From: Candidatus Acidiferrales bacterium
GTDB taxonomy: Bacteria; Desulfobacterota; Binatia; UBA9968
Direction: 5' to 3'
DNA: 64,000 nt
Assembly (NCBI GenBank): GCA_035559995.1
Contig: DATMAM010000017.1
Location: 13,889 to 77,888, forward strand
Shown: positions 29,284 to 39,879 of the stretch, piece by piece
Layout of the letters: every line of letters starts with the position of its first letter
How positions within the stretch are numbered: position 1 is the first letter of the stretch
The notes under the pieces: generated by a model
Told to the model about the DNA's origin: nothing
Databases searched by the model: none
What the model saw: the letters and a program-made list of their open reading frames with translations, nothing else
Position numbers and translations under genes: made by a program

Positions 29284-30668
29284 TAAAGCTTTCTCATCCG
29301 CGCGGCAAAAAAGCCGTCGGTGTCGTGCCGGTGCGGCAGCGCGAAAAAATACTTTCCTCGGGTCATCGCCGTCGCCGCCTCCGGCAGCACCGAAGCAGAA
29401 TCCTCCAAGACCATGCCTTTGTCGCTTTGCAGAAAGCCCTCGACGACCCCCTCGTTTTCCTCCGGAGTGAGCGTGCAGGTGGCATAGACGAGAACGCCGC
29501 CGGGTTTGAGATACCGGACGACGCTTTTCAGGATCGTTCGTTGCAATTCGGCCAGGCGTCGAATGTCCCCGGCGGCCCGATGCCACTTCGCCTCGGGGTG
29601 GGAGCGCAACGTGCCGAGCCCGGTACACGGGGCGTCGACCAGGATGCGCTCGTACGCGCGGGGACAGCCTTTTGGCAGCTCGCGCGTTGCGTCGGCGCGA
29701 AATATTTTCACCGACGCGAGCTTTAACCTTTGCACATTTTCCTTGAGCTTCTCAAGCCCGCGCGAAGATAAGTCCAGGGCGACGATCTCGCCCTGATCGC
29801 GCATGAGCTCGGCGAGATGCGTCGTTTTCCCGCCCGGAGCCGCGCATGCGTCCAGGACGCGCTCGCCCGGCTGCGGATCGAGCAAATAGCCCACGAGCTG
29901 CGACGGCTCCCCCTGAACTTGAAAATCGCCCTCCGGAAAACCCGCCAGACGATCGACCGCTCCCGCCGCGGTTAGCCGCAGGCCCACCGGCGACCAGCGC
30001 GAAAGCGCGGCGCGAACCCCATGAGCGCGCAAACGCTCGAGCAAGGCGGCCCTGGTGGTGGTGAGCGAGTTCACCCGTAGCGAGACCGGAGCCTCGCGGT
30101 TGTTGGCCTCGAGCAGCGCCGCAATATCCTCGCCGGGCAAATAGTCCATCCAGAGGCGAACGAGCCACTCCGGGTGCGACCACGCGACGGCGAGATGGCG
30201 CACCGGGTCTTCTTCCTGCGAGGGCAGGCGGATCGCTCCCTTTTCCCGGACCACCCGCCGGGCGACGGCGTTGATCAGAGCGGCTTGCTTCGTGCCGCCA
30301 AAGCGCTTGGCGAGTTCCACCCCCTCGCTCACGGCGGCATACGCGGGGATCTTGCTGAGGAACATCACCTGGTAGAGCGTCAGGCGGAGAATGGTCCTGA
30401 GCGCGGCCTTCATCTCGGCCAACGGCGCGGGGAGGAACTGCTGTGCGGCCCAATCGATCCGCCCGCGCCAGCGCAAGGTGCCGTAGACAAGCTCCGTGAC
30501 GAGCGCGCGCTCGCGCCGGTCGAGCGGCGTCTTCTCCAGAGCGGCTTCGAGGAGCCGATCGGCGTAAGCCCGCTGGCGCTCGACGCCAAGCAAGACATCG
30601 AGCGCCAGCGCGCGAGCGCTCTTTCGGTTTAAAGACTTAGAGGCGTTGGCCTCTGTCGATGCGCGCAC
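29283..30668 (-). CDS. rsmB: 16S rRNA (cytosine967-C5)-methyltransferase RsmB/Sun
   Basis: 461 aa. NusB-like N-terminal domain and SAM-dependent methyltransferase core (DACAAPGGKT, catalytic ATCT). GTG start overlaps the fmt end, so the start is uncertain. Confidence 0.9.
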   Translation of the reverse strand: MRASTEANASKSLNRKSARALALDVLLGVERQRAYADRLLEAALEKTPLDRRERALVTELVYGTLRWRGRIDWAAQQFLPAPLAEMKAALRTILRLTLYQVMFLSKIPAYAAVSEGVELAKRFGGTKQAALINAVARRVVREKGAIRLPSQEEDPVRHLAVAWSHPEWLVRLWMDYLPGEDIAALLEANNREAPVSLRVNSLTTTRAALLERLRAHGVRAALSRWSPVGLRLTAAGAVDRLAGFPEGDFQVQGEPSQLVGYLLDPQPGERVLDACAAPGGKTTHLAELMRDQGEIVALDLSSRGLEKLKENVQRLKLASVKIFRADATRELPKGCPRAYERILVDAPCTGLGTLRSHPEAKWHRAAGDIRRLAELQRTILKSVVRYLKPGGVLVYATCTLTPEENEGVVEGFLQSDKGMVLEDSASVLPEAATAMTRGKYFFALPHRHDTDGFFAARMRKL

Positions 30669-31575
30669 CTTTGAGAAACTCCGCCGCCAAAAGACGGTCG
30701 CGGTTTTCCAACTGCACCTCGTCGAGGCTCAAAACCCCTTCGCCGGTCGCGACCCAGAGGCCGCCGCGATCGGCCCGGACGATCTCTCCGGGAGCGCCGC
30801 GGCGCTCCGTGCTCACGACCGAGGCCTTGTGGATCTTCAGCAGCTTGCCGTTCCAGCGCGTGTAGCAAGACGGCCAAGGCGAAAACGCGCGCACGCGCCG
30901 CTCGATCACGCTTGCCGGCTCCTGCCAGTTCACCCTGCCGTCTTCTTTCTTGATCAGCGGCGCGTAGCTCGCTTGATCCTCGTCTTGCGCGCGCGGCGAA
31001 ATCTCTCCCGCCTTGAGCCCGGCGATCGTCTTGAGCAAAAGGCGCGCGCCCACAGGAACGAGTTTTTGCGTCAGCGAAGCCGCCGTTTCATCCTTGGCGA
31101 GCGCCACTTCTTCCTGGAGGTAGATCGGGCCGGCGTCCATCTTTTCGACCAGGCGCATCGTCGTCACGCCGCTCACTTCCTCGCCGTTGATGATCGCCCA
31201 CGGAATCGGCGCCGCGCCGCGATACTTCGGCAAGAGCGAATAATGGACATTGATGCACCCCTGCGGGGCGAGCTCCAAGATCGAGCGCGGCAAGATGCGC
31301 CCGTACGCGACAACGACGATGGCATCGGGAGCCCAGCTTGTAAGCGCCTGCAAAAAAGCCGGATCGCGCGTTTTCTCGGGCGCGAGCACGGCGATGCCGT
31401 TTGCCTCGGCGACTCGCCGGACCGGTGATTTGACCGTCTGCTGGCCCCGGCCGGCCGGCCGGTCCGGCTGCGTGACGACTCCGACGACGCGGTCCGGACC
31501 TTCTAACAGCGCCTCAAGCGTGGCCGCCGCGGGTGCGGGGGTTCCCATGAAGACAATGCGCCACGGGTCTGACAT
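30637..31575 (-). CDS. fmt: Methionyl-tRNA formyltransferase
   Basis: 312 aa. RIVFMGTP N-terminus, NVHYSLLPKYRGAAPI formyltransferase motif, C-terminal domain. Confidence 0.93.
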   Translation of the reverse strand: MSDPWRIVFMGTPAPAAATLEALLEGPDRVVGVVTQPDRPAGRGQQTVKSPVRRVAEANGIAVLAPEKTRDPAFLQALTSWAPDAIVVVAYGRILPRSILELAPQGCINVHYSLLPKYRGAAPIPWAIINGEEVSGVTTMRLVEKMDAGPIYLQEEVALAKDETAASLTQKLVPVGARLLLKTIAGLKAGEISPRAQDEDQASYAPLIKKEDGRVNWQEPASVIERRVRAFSPWPSCYTRWNGKLLKIHKASVVSTERRGAPGEIVRADRGGLWVATGEGVLSLDEVQLENRDRLLAAEFLKGARIDRGQRL

Positions 31576-31615
31576 AGGTAAGGCAAACCGGACGGGGCGG
31601 CCTAAGAAAGCCCGG

Positions 31616-32155
31616 TCAGATCATGACTTGCGGGCGCTCGGGTTCGGTCCGCCCGCTGCGCAGGCGCTTTTTGAGCCGCCGCTTATAGAGATCGCGTTTG
31701 AGGCGGCTGATGCGGTCTATGAAAAGGATGCCGTCGAGGTGATCGATCTCGTGCTGCAAGGCCACCGCCAACAAGCCTTCGCCTTCGATCTTGAACTGCT
31801 CGCCGTGCTCGTTGAGCCCGACGACCTCCACCCAGGCGGCGCGTTTCACTTCCGCGGTAAAATCGACGATGCTCAAGCAACCTTCTTCCCAAACGACTTC
31901 GCCGCGGCTTCGCCGGAGCTCCGGATTGATCAGTTTGATCAGCTGCCGCCCCGGGTTTTCATGATCGGGGTCGAGAACGACGATGCGCTTGGACACCCCG
32001 ACCTGCGGCGCCGCCAGCCCCACTCCCGGCGCCGCGTACATGGTCTCGACCATATCGTCGAGCAAGCGGCGCGTCTCATCGGTAATCTTTTCCACCGGCG
32101 ATGCCGGCCGCTGCAGCACCGGCTCGGGAAATTTCAGGATTGGGAGAATCGCCAT
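31616..32155 (-). CDS. def: Peptide deformylase
   Basis: 179 aa. GVGLAAPQVG, EGCLS and QHEIDHLDG metal-binding motifs. Confidence 0.93.
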   Translation of the reverse strand: MAILPILKFPEPVLQRPASPVEKITDETRRLLDDMVETMYAAPGVGLAAPQVGVSKRIVVLDPDHENPGRQLIKLINPELRRSRGEVVWEEGCLSIVDFTAEVKRAAWVEVVGLNEHGEQFKIEGEGLLAVALQHEIDHLDGILFIDRISRLKRDLYKRRLKKRLRSGRTEPERPQVMI

Positions 32156-32168
32156 AAGTGACGATTTT

Positions 32169-34412
32169 TCATAGCATATTCTGCGGATCTACATCAATGC
32201 GAAGGCGCACGCTGCGCGCTTCGGAAAAAAGATCCTGCGCCCGGCGCGCGCTCTCAAGAAGCTCAGCGGGCTGCTTGCCTTTGAGCAAGATCTGAAAGCG
32301 ATAGCGCCCGCGGAGCCTCTCGATGGGCGCGGAAGCGGGCCCCAACACCTCCACCGCGGATTTCCCGCGCTCGCGCAGCGTGGCGCGCAGTCGTGAAGCG
32401 AGGAGGTTTGCCGTGCGCGCAACTTCGGCTGGTTTTGCTCCCTCGAAGCGAAGCAAAACCAGCCGCCCGAACGGCGGATAGCCGAGCGCCTTTCGAAAAT
32501 CGATTTCCGCTTCATAAAATCCGCGGTAATCATGCGCGCTCACGCACCGGAGCGCGTAGTGATCGGGCGCGTAGGTCTGGATCATAACCTCTCCGCGCTC
32601 GACCCCTCGCCCCGCCCGGCCCGCGACCTGCGTGAGCAGCTGAAAGGTCCTCTCCGCGGCCCTGAAGTCGGGAAGATGGAGCGACAAGTCCGCGAGCACA
32701 ACCGCGACCAATGTCACGCCCGCGATATCGTGACCCTTCGCGATCATTTGCGTCCCGACCAAGATATCGAACGCGCCCTGTTCCCAGTCTCTGAGCAACC
32801 TTTCGTGCGCGCCGCGCGGGCGCGTGGTGTCGCGATCCATGCGGGCGATGCGCGCCTCCGGCACGAGCTTGACGAGCTGCTGCTCCACCTGTTCCGTGCC
32901 AACCCCCGACGGCGCCAGAGCCGGATTGCCGCACGCTGGGCAGAGATCTTCGCTCGGCTTTTGATAGCCGCAATGATGGCACTTGACCCGCCGCTGCCGG
33001 AGATGGAAGGTGAGCGTCACGCTACAGTGCGGGCAGCGAATCACAAAACCGCAGAGCCGGCACTGGAGAAAGTTCGCGAACCCACGCCGGTTGAGAAAGA
33101 CGAGCGTCTGCCGCCCGCGCCGCCAATTTTCGCAAATGGCTTCTTTTAGCGCAGGCGAGAATATCGGCGTGTCGGCTCCGCCTCCCGGCTGCCAGAGCTC
33201 GCGCGCCAGCGGCCTGAGATCAAGCGCGCGCACCTCGGGGAGCGCCCGCTCCGCGACCCGCCGCCTGAGCTCCAGGAGCCGGTAGCGCCCCTCGAGCGCG
33301 TTGTGGAAGCTTTCGAGCGACGGTGTCGCCGAGCCCAGCACGACAGGGCAGGCGGCGATCTGCGCCCGCACGATGGCGAGGTCGCGCGCGTGATAGCGAA
33401 AGCCCTCCTCCTGCTTGTACGAGGAATCGTGCTCTTCGTCGACAATGATCAGTCCCAGCTCCGGGAGCGGCGCGAAAACAGCCGAGCGCGCGCCAACCGC
33501 GATCCCGACCTCGCCGCGCGTCATGCGATGCCATTGGGCACGCCGCTCCGCCGGGCTGAGCGCGCTGTGGAGAACTCCCAGCTGGCCCGGGAAGCGAGCG
33601 CGGATGCGCGCGAGGAGCTGCGGCGTGAGAGAAATCTCCGGCACCAACACAAGACTCTGTTTCCCTCGCCTTTGCGCGAGCTCCAAAGCGCGGAGGTAAA
33701 TCTCCGTTTTGCCGCTCCCGGTTATGCCAAAAAGAAGTAGAGTCTCAAATCCGCCCCCGTGAAGCGCCGCTTCGATCGCATCCAGCGCTCGAGCCTGTTC
33801 GTCGGTTAGCTCCAACGCCTGCGACGCCGAAACCGTCTTCTCCCCTTCAGGCTCGGGCTTTTCCGGCCGCGGGCGTCGCCCCCTCCACGCCTCGCGGATT
33901 TGAATGGCGCCGCGCCTTTGAAGATCATCCAGCACTCGATAGCCCCCGGAGCCTGCCTTGCGCAGCAAAGTCTTAAGCGGCGCGCGGCCGCGGCGCTCGA
34001 GCTCCGCCACGATCCGCCGCGCCGCTCCCTCAGGTACGGCGGCGCCGCGATCGGCGAGCACCGCAACCCGCCGGTCCTCGACTCGGGTGCCGGCGGGAAG
34101 CGCGGCGGCGAATACTTCTCCGAGAGGAGCAAGGTAGTACCTCGCGGCCCACCGGCAGAGCTTGAGCAATCCCGCATTGAGGATCGGGCGCTCGTCGAGC
34201 GCTTCGAGGATTTCACGCACGTCTTTTTCCCGCGGCGCGCGCGCGCAAAACCCGACGACAACGCCGGTCACCCGCCGCTTTCCGAGCGGCACGAGCACGC
34301 GCACGCCCGCTTGAAGCTTCGGCGCCAGGGACTCGGGGATGGCATAGGTAAGCGGCTCTTTCAAAGGGGAGGGAATAACAACCTCAGCAAAGCTCTTTGC
34401 CCGCTCGTTCAC
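32169..34412 (-). CDS. priA: Primosomal protein N' (replication restart helicase PriA)
   Basis: 747 aa. N-terminal 3'BD/winged helix, DEAH helicase core (GITGSGKT, VDEEHD), Cys-rich zinc-binding insert (CRLCGFVIRCPHCSVTLTFH...CHHCGY...CPACG). Confidence 0.93.
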   Translation of the reverse strand: MNERAKSFAEVVIPSPLKEPLTYAIPESLAPKLQAGVRVLVPLGKRRVTGVVVGFCARAPREKDVREILEALDERPILNAGLLKLCRWAARYYLAPLGEVFAAALPAGTRVEDRRVAVLADRGAAVPEGAARRIVAELERRGRAPLKTLLRKAGSGGYRVLDDLQRRGAIQIREAWRGRRPRPEKPEPEGEKTVSASQALELTDEQARALDAIEAALHGGGFETLLLFGITGSGKTEIYLRALELAQRRGKQSLVLVPEISLTPQLLARIRARFPGQLGVLHSALSPAERRAQWHRMTRGEVGIAVGARSAVFAPLPELGLIIVDEEHDSSYKQEEGFRYHARDLAIVRAQIAACPVVLGSATPSLESFHNALEGRYRLLELRRRVAERALPEVRALDLRPLARELWQPGGGADTPIFSPALKEAICENWRRGRQTLVFLNRRGFANFLQCRLCGFVIRCPHCSVTLTFHLRQRRVKCHHCGYQKPSEDLCPACGNPALAPSGVGTEQVEQQLVKLVPEARIARMDRDTTRPRGAHERLLRDWEQGAFDILVGTQMIAKGHDIAGVTLVAVVLADLSLHLPDFRAAERTFQLLTQVAGRAGRGVERGEVMIQTYAPDHYALRCVSAHDYRGFYEAEIDFRKALGYPPFGRLVLLRFEGAKPAEVARTANLLASRLRATLRERGKSAVEVLGPASAPIERLRGRYRFQILLKGKQPAELLESARRAQDLFSEARSVRLRIDVDPQNML

Positions 34413-34639
34413 GCCGTCTACTTATCGGCTCCGGCGCGGAAAAGCAATTTTGCGCTTGTGCAGATTTGGCGACCGCAGCGCCAATTTTGGCCAATCTCGC
34501 GCTTGCGGGATTCACAAACGGGGCTTTCGGCCAGCGAAATGCGGCGAAGGCGGCGCGCCAACGGCCGAATTCGCGTGTGCATGCTTTTTGCTACTCCCTG
34601 CGCGCCAGCAAATTATGCTTAATTTGCAATAATTTTTAA

Positions 34640-34688
34640 TTGACAAGGCGCGTGGACTAGCCCAAAATCGCGCCGTTTCGATGGGCGC
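34640..34688 (+). promoter_or_regulatory. Candidate sigma70 promoter plus palindromic operator upstream of the XRE regulator and pil genes
   Basis: TTGACA (34640-34645), 17-nt spacer, CAAAAT (34663-34668). Perfect inverted repeat GCGCC-N9-GGCGC (34670-34688) over the predicted +1 region. The start codon is at 34710. Confidence 0.3.
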
Positions 34689-34709
34689 TCTACCAGCCGG
34701 AACCAGAAC

Positions 34710-34910
34710 ATGAGACACCAGAACAACTTGAAAAAAATTCGCGAGGCCAAGCTCTTGAGCAAGCTCGAGCTCGCCCGGCTCGCCGGCGTCTCGCCGCTAA
34801 CCATCGATCGCGTGGAGCGCGGCATGCAGTGCCGTTTCGCCACCATGCGCAAGATTCTTTCCGCGCTCGGGCTCAAAGTGAGCCAGAAGCACCGGGTGTT
34901 CAAGAAATAG
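34710..34910 (+). CDS. XRE-family helix-turn-helix transcriptional regulator (66 aa)
   Basis: LSKLELARLAGVSPLTIDRVERG is a canonical HTH_XRE motif. Lies immediately upstream of pilM. Confidence 0.6.
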   Translation: MRHQNNLKKIREAKLLSKLELARLAGVSPLTIDRVERGMQCRFATMRKILSALGLKVSQKHRVFKK

Positions 34911-34914
34911 AGCC

Positions 34915-36006
34915 ATGGATTTTTCGTTCTTGCAGAAGTTCGGCCTGGGCCGGCTAAGTTGGTTTGGCAGCGAAGATCAGTATGTCGCGCTCGATATCGG
35001 CTCGAGCTCGGTCAAGCTGGTCGAAGCCGCCAAAGACCGGGCCGGCTATCGTCTGATGAACGTCGGCATTGCGCCGCTCCCGCCCACCGCCGTCCAGAAC
35101 AACATGGTGGTCGAGAAAGCGCCGATTGCAAGCGCGATCCGAAGCGTGGTGCGCGAGCACAAAATCACGGCGAAAAAAGTGATCTCGGTCGTTCCGGGAA
35201 GGGCGGCCATCATCAAAAAGCTGCAGCTCCCGGTTCAAAGAGAAGAAGAGCTTGACGCAAACGTTGAATTCGAGGCCGCCAACGTGATCCCGGAGAGCCT
35301 GGAAAACGTGAACCTGGACTACCAGGTGCTCAACTTTCTCGAAGAGGGCACCAAGATGGAAATCCTGGTCGTCGCCGTCAAGAAGGAAATCATCAACGGT
35401 TACGCGCTGGCGATCGAGGAGGCGGGCCTGATGCCGGTCATCATGGATGTCGATTACTTCGCGATGGAAAACATGTACGAGACCAACTACGAGGCCAGCG
35501 ACGAGCTGGTGGCTCTCGTCCATGTCGGCGCTCGCTATACCAGCATCAACATGCTCAAGGGAGGGATTTCCGCCTTTACCGGCGACCTCCCGCTCGGGGG
35601 CGAGGCCTTCACGGAAAGCCTGATGGAGCAGCTCAACATCGGCTACGATCAGGCGGAGAGCTTAAAGATCACGGGCGTGCTGGATGGGGAAAAAAACCTC
35701 AAGGTGGAAGAGCTCTTGGACCCGCTCTGTCACTCGCTTGTCGAAGACATTAGCCGCACCTTGACGCTGTACGGGACCATGGCGGCGGGCGAGCCCGCGC
35801 ATAGGGTTTATCTGAGCGGCGGCGGCTCCAAGTTTAAACCGCTGGCGCCGCTCCTGGAGAAAAAACTCAACGTGCCCGTGCATCTGGCCGAGCCGTTCCG
35901 CGCCTTCACGCTGGCGCGCAACGTCAACAGGGACGCCGTTGCGGACGCAGCGCTCAGCCTTGCGGTGGGAGCAGGCCTCGCGACCCGCCGACCGGGGGAC
36001 AAGTGA
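34915..36006 (+). CDS. pilM: Type IV pilus assembly ATPase-fold protein PilM
   Basis: 363 aa. Actin-like ATPase fold, VALDIGSSSVKLVE N-terminus. pilN follows with a 4-nt overlap. Confidence 0.9.
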   Translation: MDFSFLQKFGLGRLSWFGSEDQYVALDIGSSSVKLVEAAKDRAGYRLMNVGIAPLPPTAVQNNMVVEKAPIASAIRSVVREHKITAKKVISVVPGRAAIIKKLQLPVQREEELDANVEFEAANVIPESLENVNLDYQVLNFLEEGTKMEILVVAVKKEIINGYALAIEEAGLMPVIMDVDYFAMENMYETNYEASDELVALVHVGARYTSINMLKGGISAFTGDLPLGGEAFTESLMEQLNIGYDQAESLKITGVLDGEKNLKVEELLDPLCHSLVEDISRTLTLYGTMAAGEPAHRVYLSGGGSKFKPLAPLLEKKLNVPVHLAEPFRAFTLARNVNRDAVADAALSLAVGAGLATRRPGDK

Positions 36007-36587
36007 TCCGCATCAACCTTCTTCCCGTAAGAGAGATCGAGGCGAAAGTCGGGAGAAAGCAGGAAGCGCTCATCGGCGCGGCATGCCTTGTCCTTATCGT
36101 CCTGGCGGCCGGAAGTCTCTACGCGTACCAGGCGTGGCAGGTTTCGGCCCTGGAGGCCGAACTGGCCGAGCTGCAGCAGCAGAGCGTTCAGCTCAACAGC
36201 AAGGTGCGCGAGGTGGCGGAACTGCAAAAAAAAGTCGCCGAGCTGAGAGAGAAAAACAAAATTATCGAAGAGCTCGAAAAGAGGCGCGCCGGACCCGCGA
36301 AGGTGATGGAAGGGCTGGCGTCGGTCACTCCGGCGCGGCTCTGGCTGACGGAGTTCAAGGAAACCGGCGGCAACGCCACGCTCAGCGGCTTTGCCACGGA
36401 TAACCAGACGATCGCGGACTTTCTCAAGGGGCTCACGCAGCTTTCGCATTTCAACAACGTGGAGCTGGTCGAAAGCTTGCAGAACGAGCAAGAGAGCGCC
36501 GGCATGAAGAAATTCACGATTCGCTCCACCGTGACCTATCAAGCAGCCGGGAAAGCCGACGGCGTGCCGAAATCGGCCAAGCCATAG
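36003..36587 (+). CDS. pilN: Type IV pilus inner-membrane component PilN
   Basis: MIRINLLP start, single TM, coiled coil. Position is between pilM and pilO. Confidence 0.85.
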   Translation: MIRINLLPVREIEAKVGRKQEALIGAACLVLIVLAAGSLYAYQAWQVSALEAELAELQQQSVQLNSKVREVAELQKKVAELREKNKIIEELEKRRAGPAKVMEGLASVTPARLWLTEFKETGGNATLSGFATDNQTIADFLKGLTQLSHFNNVELVESLQNEQESAGMKKFTIRSTVTYQAAGKADGVPKSAKP

Positions 36588-36595
36588 GAGAGGAC

Positions 36596-37222
36596 GTGAA
36601 CGAACTGTGGCGACAAATCGGCGAGCTTTCCAAAGCGAAGAAGATCGCCCTGTTGGCGCTTTTGATCGTCCTTGTGCTCGCTCTCGACTATAGCTTTCTC
36701 TATTCGCCCCAGGCGAGCCGCATCAGCGACTTAAACGAGCAGATCGCGAACCTCCAGCGCGATCTCGACAAGAAAAAAAGAATCGCGGCGAACCGGCCCA
36801 AGCTTTTGCAGCAGCGGGCGGAGGCCGAAGCTCGCTACAAGGAAGCCACGGCGCGCCTGCCCGCGCAAAAAGAGATTCCGGAGCTGCTGCGCAATATCTC
36901 CACGCGCGCGCGCGAAGCCGGCCTCGAGATCATCCTTTTCAGGCCGCTGGGCGAAAATTACCAGGACTTTTACGCCGAGATTCCGATTGTGCTCGCCGCG
37001 CGCGGCGACTTTCACAGCGTCACCGCGTTTTTCGACGAACTCGGCCGAATGGACCGCATCGTGAACGTTCATAACGTCGAACTCAAAGCAACCAAGACCA
37101 AAGAAGAGCGCCAAACGCTCGAGGTCCAGACGCAAGCGCTGACGTTCCGCTTTCTCGATCAAGCCGAGCGGGAAAGGATCGCGGCGGAAAAGGCGGCCAA
37201 GGAAAAGGCGGCGAAAAAGTGA
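36596..37222 (+). CDS. pilO: Type IV pilus inner-membrane component PilO
   Basis: 208 aa. TM, coiled coil and PilO fold. Position is conserved. Confidence 0.82.
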   Translation: MNELWRQIGELSKAKKIALLALLIVLVLALDYSFLYSPQASRISDLNEQIANLQRDLDKKKRIAANRPKLLQQRAEAEARYKEATARLPAQKEIPELLRNISTRAREAGLEIILFRPLGENYQDFYAEIPIVLAARGDFHSVTAFFDELGRMDRIVNVHNVELKATKTKEERQTLEVQTQALTFRFLDQAERERIAAEKAAKEKAAKK

Positions 37223-37833
37223 TCAGGCGTAGCGGCTGCCACAGTTTGATTTGGGTCGTGCTGTCGTTGTCGGTCGCGGTGCAAGCGATCGCGCAAGAAG
37301 AGGAAAAGACGCCGGCGCACAAGACCAAAGAAGCGCTGGAGAAGTTTTCCAAATTCCCGAGCGCCGTCGGCGAGCGCCTCAAGTCGGCGCGCGACAAGGT
37401 GAAAAACGTCCTGCAGGACGCCCTCGGAGCGCCCCCAGCCAAAAAGGCGGAACCCGACGGCTTGGATGTCCCCAAAAGGCCGGAGAAGACCGAATCCCCG
37501 CAGTACTCCCCGCTCGGCAAGCGCGATCCTTTTGCCCCTGCTCCCAGCCGCAGGGAGGTGCGCCAAGTCAAACGGGGCCTTACGCCCCTCGAGCAATTCG
37601 AGATCGGCCAGCTCAAGCTCGTCGGGATCGTTTGGGATTCCAAAGAGCCGCGGGCCATCGTCGAGGACGCAAGCGGCCTCGGCTACATTATCAAAGTGGG
37701 CACGCCAATTGGGCCGAACGGAGGAAAAGTCAAAGCCATCGCGCCCGATGAGGTGGTCATCCAGGAGTACTACGTCGATTTTTACGGCGCGCGCAAAAGC
37801 CGCGACTTCAGCATGAAATTGCCCTCGGAGTAG
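37219..37833 (+). CDS. pilP: Type IV pilus lipoprotein PilP
   Basis: 204 aa. Signal peptide, Pro/Lys-rich linker and C-terminal beta domain. Located between pilO and pilQ. Confidence 0.75.
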   Translation: MIRRSGCHSLIWVVLSLSVAVQAIAQEEEKTPAHKTKEALEKFSKFPSAVGERLKSARDKVKNVLQDALGAPPAKKAEPDGLDVPKRPEKTESPQYSPLGKRDPFAPAPSRREVRQVKRGLTPLEQFEIGQLKLVGIVWDSKEPRAIVEDASGLGYIIKVGTPIGPNGGKVKAIAPDEVVIQEYYVDFYGARKSRDFSMKLPSE

Positions 37834-37860
37834 TTTTTGCTCTCATACGGAGGAGTCTTG

Positions 37861-39879
37861 ATGCTCGGTCTTGCAGGTTCGGCTCGTTCCCGGCTCCGCC
37901 TCCGGCACCCCCGGTGGCTGGGCGCGTCCCTGGGCTCGGTGGCTGTCGCTGTGGCGATCACGGCCTGCGCCGCCGGTCCCAAAGACGCGCCGCTCGAAAA
38001 GCCGCCTCACAAGGAGGCCGTCCCGGCCGGGCCGCAAACCCAGCCGCCCGCTCCGTCGGTCAAAGAGCAAGCGCTCCCGGGCCGCCCATTGGCGGCGCAA
38101 GAGCTTTCCGTGCGCGAGCAGAACCAGCAAACGGTGATTCGGGTGATTTTCTCGCAGCCGGCCACGCAGTATCGCCACTTCACCCTCGCTCAGCCCGCGC
38201 GCATCGTTCTCGACGTATTCGGCGACGTCGAGCGCGTTCCCAGAGGGGAGACTTTTCGGGTCGAGACCCACTGGGTCGGCAATCTGCGGCTCACGTCGGG
38301 CGAAGGTTATGTTCGCTTGACGGTCGAAATTGCTGCGGCAACCGTGCCGGCGTACGAGATCGAGCCGGAAAACTCGGGCTTAAGGCTCGTGATCGGAGAG
38401 GCCAAACCCGATGTGGCCGCGCGCCGCGAGATCACCCTGATGCGCGGCGGCAAGCGCGCCGATGTGCGCGCGCCCGAGGCCAGGGCCGCGGCTGCCGAAG
38501 GGGCTGCCCCCGCGCCTGCTTCGACCGAAACGGCCGCGGAAAAGAAATATACCGGCCAGAGGATTTCCCTTGATTTTAAGGACGCCGACATCAAAAACGT
38601 CTTCCGGCTGCTCGGGGAGATCGGCGGCCTGAACATCGTTGTCACCCAAGACGTGCAGCGCCGGGTCACCCTGCGCCTGGTCGACGTGCCGTGGGACCAG
38701 GCCCTCGACCTTTTGATCGAGACGCACGGCCTCGGCAAGGAACAGATCGGCAACGTCGTGCGCATCTCGACCGCGGCGCAGCTCAAAGCCGAAAAGGACG
38801 CGCTCGCCGAAGCCAAAAAGTCGCGTGAAAATTTGGAAGAGCTGCAGACGATCTACCTCAGCGTGAACTACGCCAAGGTGAAAGACCTCGAGCCCAAGAT
38901 CAAGCCGCTTCTCACGCCGCGAGGGCAGGTCGTTTTCGACGAGCGGAGCAACACGATTTTCGTCCGCGATATTCGAAGGGCGATCGACGACGTCACGACC
39001 TTGGTTTCCAAAGTCGACACGCGCACCCCGCAGGTCCTGATCGAGTCCAATCTCGTCGAGACCACGCCCTCCTTTGCGCGCGCTCTGGGAATACAGCTGC
39101 AGTTCGACCTCGGGGGCAGCAACGCGACCTTTGACCCCGTCACCGGAGCGGTAACCGGCACGACGCGCCGTATCATCGTTGATCAGCCTGCCGGAACGCC
39201 GTTTGCCGGCGACCCGTTCTTTTCGTTGCTCCAGGGAAAGTTTGGGCCCTTTCGCAACCTGGCGGCCTTTCTGAGCGCGGCCGAAAGCGAGGGCAACATT
39301 CGCATTATCTCGCGCCCTTCCGTGATGACTCTGAACAATGTGGCGTCGACGATCCAGAGCCTGCGGGTGTTGAGAATCTCGCTTCCCAGCTCGACCAATA
39401 TCGCAAGCGGCACCGGCGCCGCTGCCGGGGCGGCCGTGGCGACGGAGAAAGTCCCCGTTGGGATCATTTTGACCGTGGTGCCGCAGGTGTCGGCCGACGG
39501 TTTTATCCTGATGAACATCAGCGTCAAGTCGAGCTCGATCGCCGACTCGCCGACGGTCTCGGGAGGCGGCACGCCCGTGATCCCGTTCGATGAGCTATCG
39601 CGCGAGGCGATTGCCAACGTGCTTGTCCGCGACGGCGAGACGATCGTGATCGGCGGCATCATGAAAGATACAAAGTCGACCTCCGAATCCGGCATTCCCT
39701 ATCTCAAAGACATTCCCATATTGGGCTGGCTCTTCAAGAACATCCGGTGGCAAAAGGATTTTGAAGAGCTGATGGTCTTTATCACGCCGCGCATCATTTC
39801 GGCGGGCTCCGAGAACCTGCCCAGCGCCGAGCAGCTCTGGCGCGAACAGATGCGCAAGACCGAAGGCAGCCAGAGCTAG
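37861..39879 (+). CDS. pilQ: Type IV pilus secretin PilQ
   Basis: ATG at 37861 with GGAGGAG 5 nt upstream. Signal peptide, AMIN-like and N-domains, C-terminal secretin domain (VPYLKDIPILGWLFK...). Confidence 0.9.
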   Translation: MLGLAGSARSRLRLRHPRWLGASLGSVAVAVAITACAAGPKDAPLEKPPHKEAVPAGPQTQPPAPSVKEQALPGRPLAAQELSVREQNQQTVIRVIFSQPATQYRHFTLAQPARIVLDVFGDVERVPRGETFRVETHWVGNLRLTSGEGYVRLTVEIAAATVPAYEIEPENSGLRLVIGEAKPDVAARREITLMRGGKRADVRAPEARAAAAEGAAPAPASTETAAEKKYTGQRISLDFKDADIKNVFRLLGEIGGLNIVVTQDVQRRVTLRLVDVPWDQALDLLIETHGLGKEQIGNVVRISTAAQLKAEKDALAEAKKSRENLEELQTIYLSVNYAKVKDLEPKIKPLLTPRGQVVFDERSNTIFVRDIRRAIDDVTTLVSKVDTRTPQVLIESNLVETTPSFARALGIQLQFDLGGSNATFDPVTGAVTGTTRRIIVDQPAGTPFAGDPFFSLLQGKFGPFRNLAAFLSAAESEGNIRIISRPSVMTLNNVASTIQSLRVLRISLPSSTNIASGTGAAAGAAVATEKVPVGIILTVVPQVSADGFILMNISVKSSSIADSPTVSGGGTPVIPFDELSREAIANVLVRDGETIVIGGIMKDTKSTSESGIPYLKDIPILGWLFKNIRWQKDFEELMVFITPRIISAGSENLPSAEQLWREQMRKTEGSQS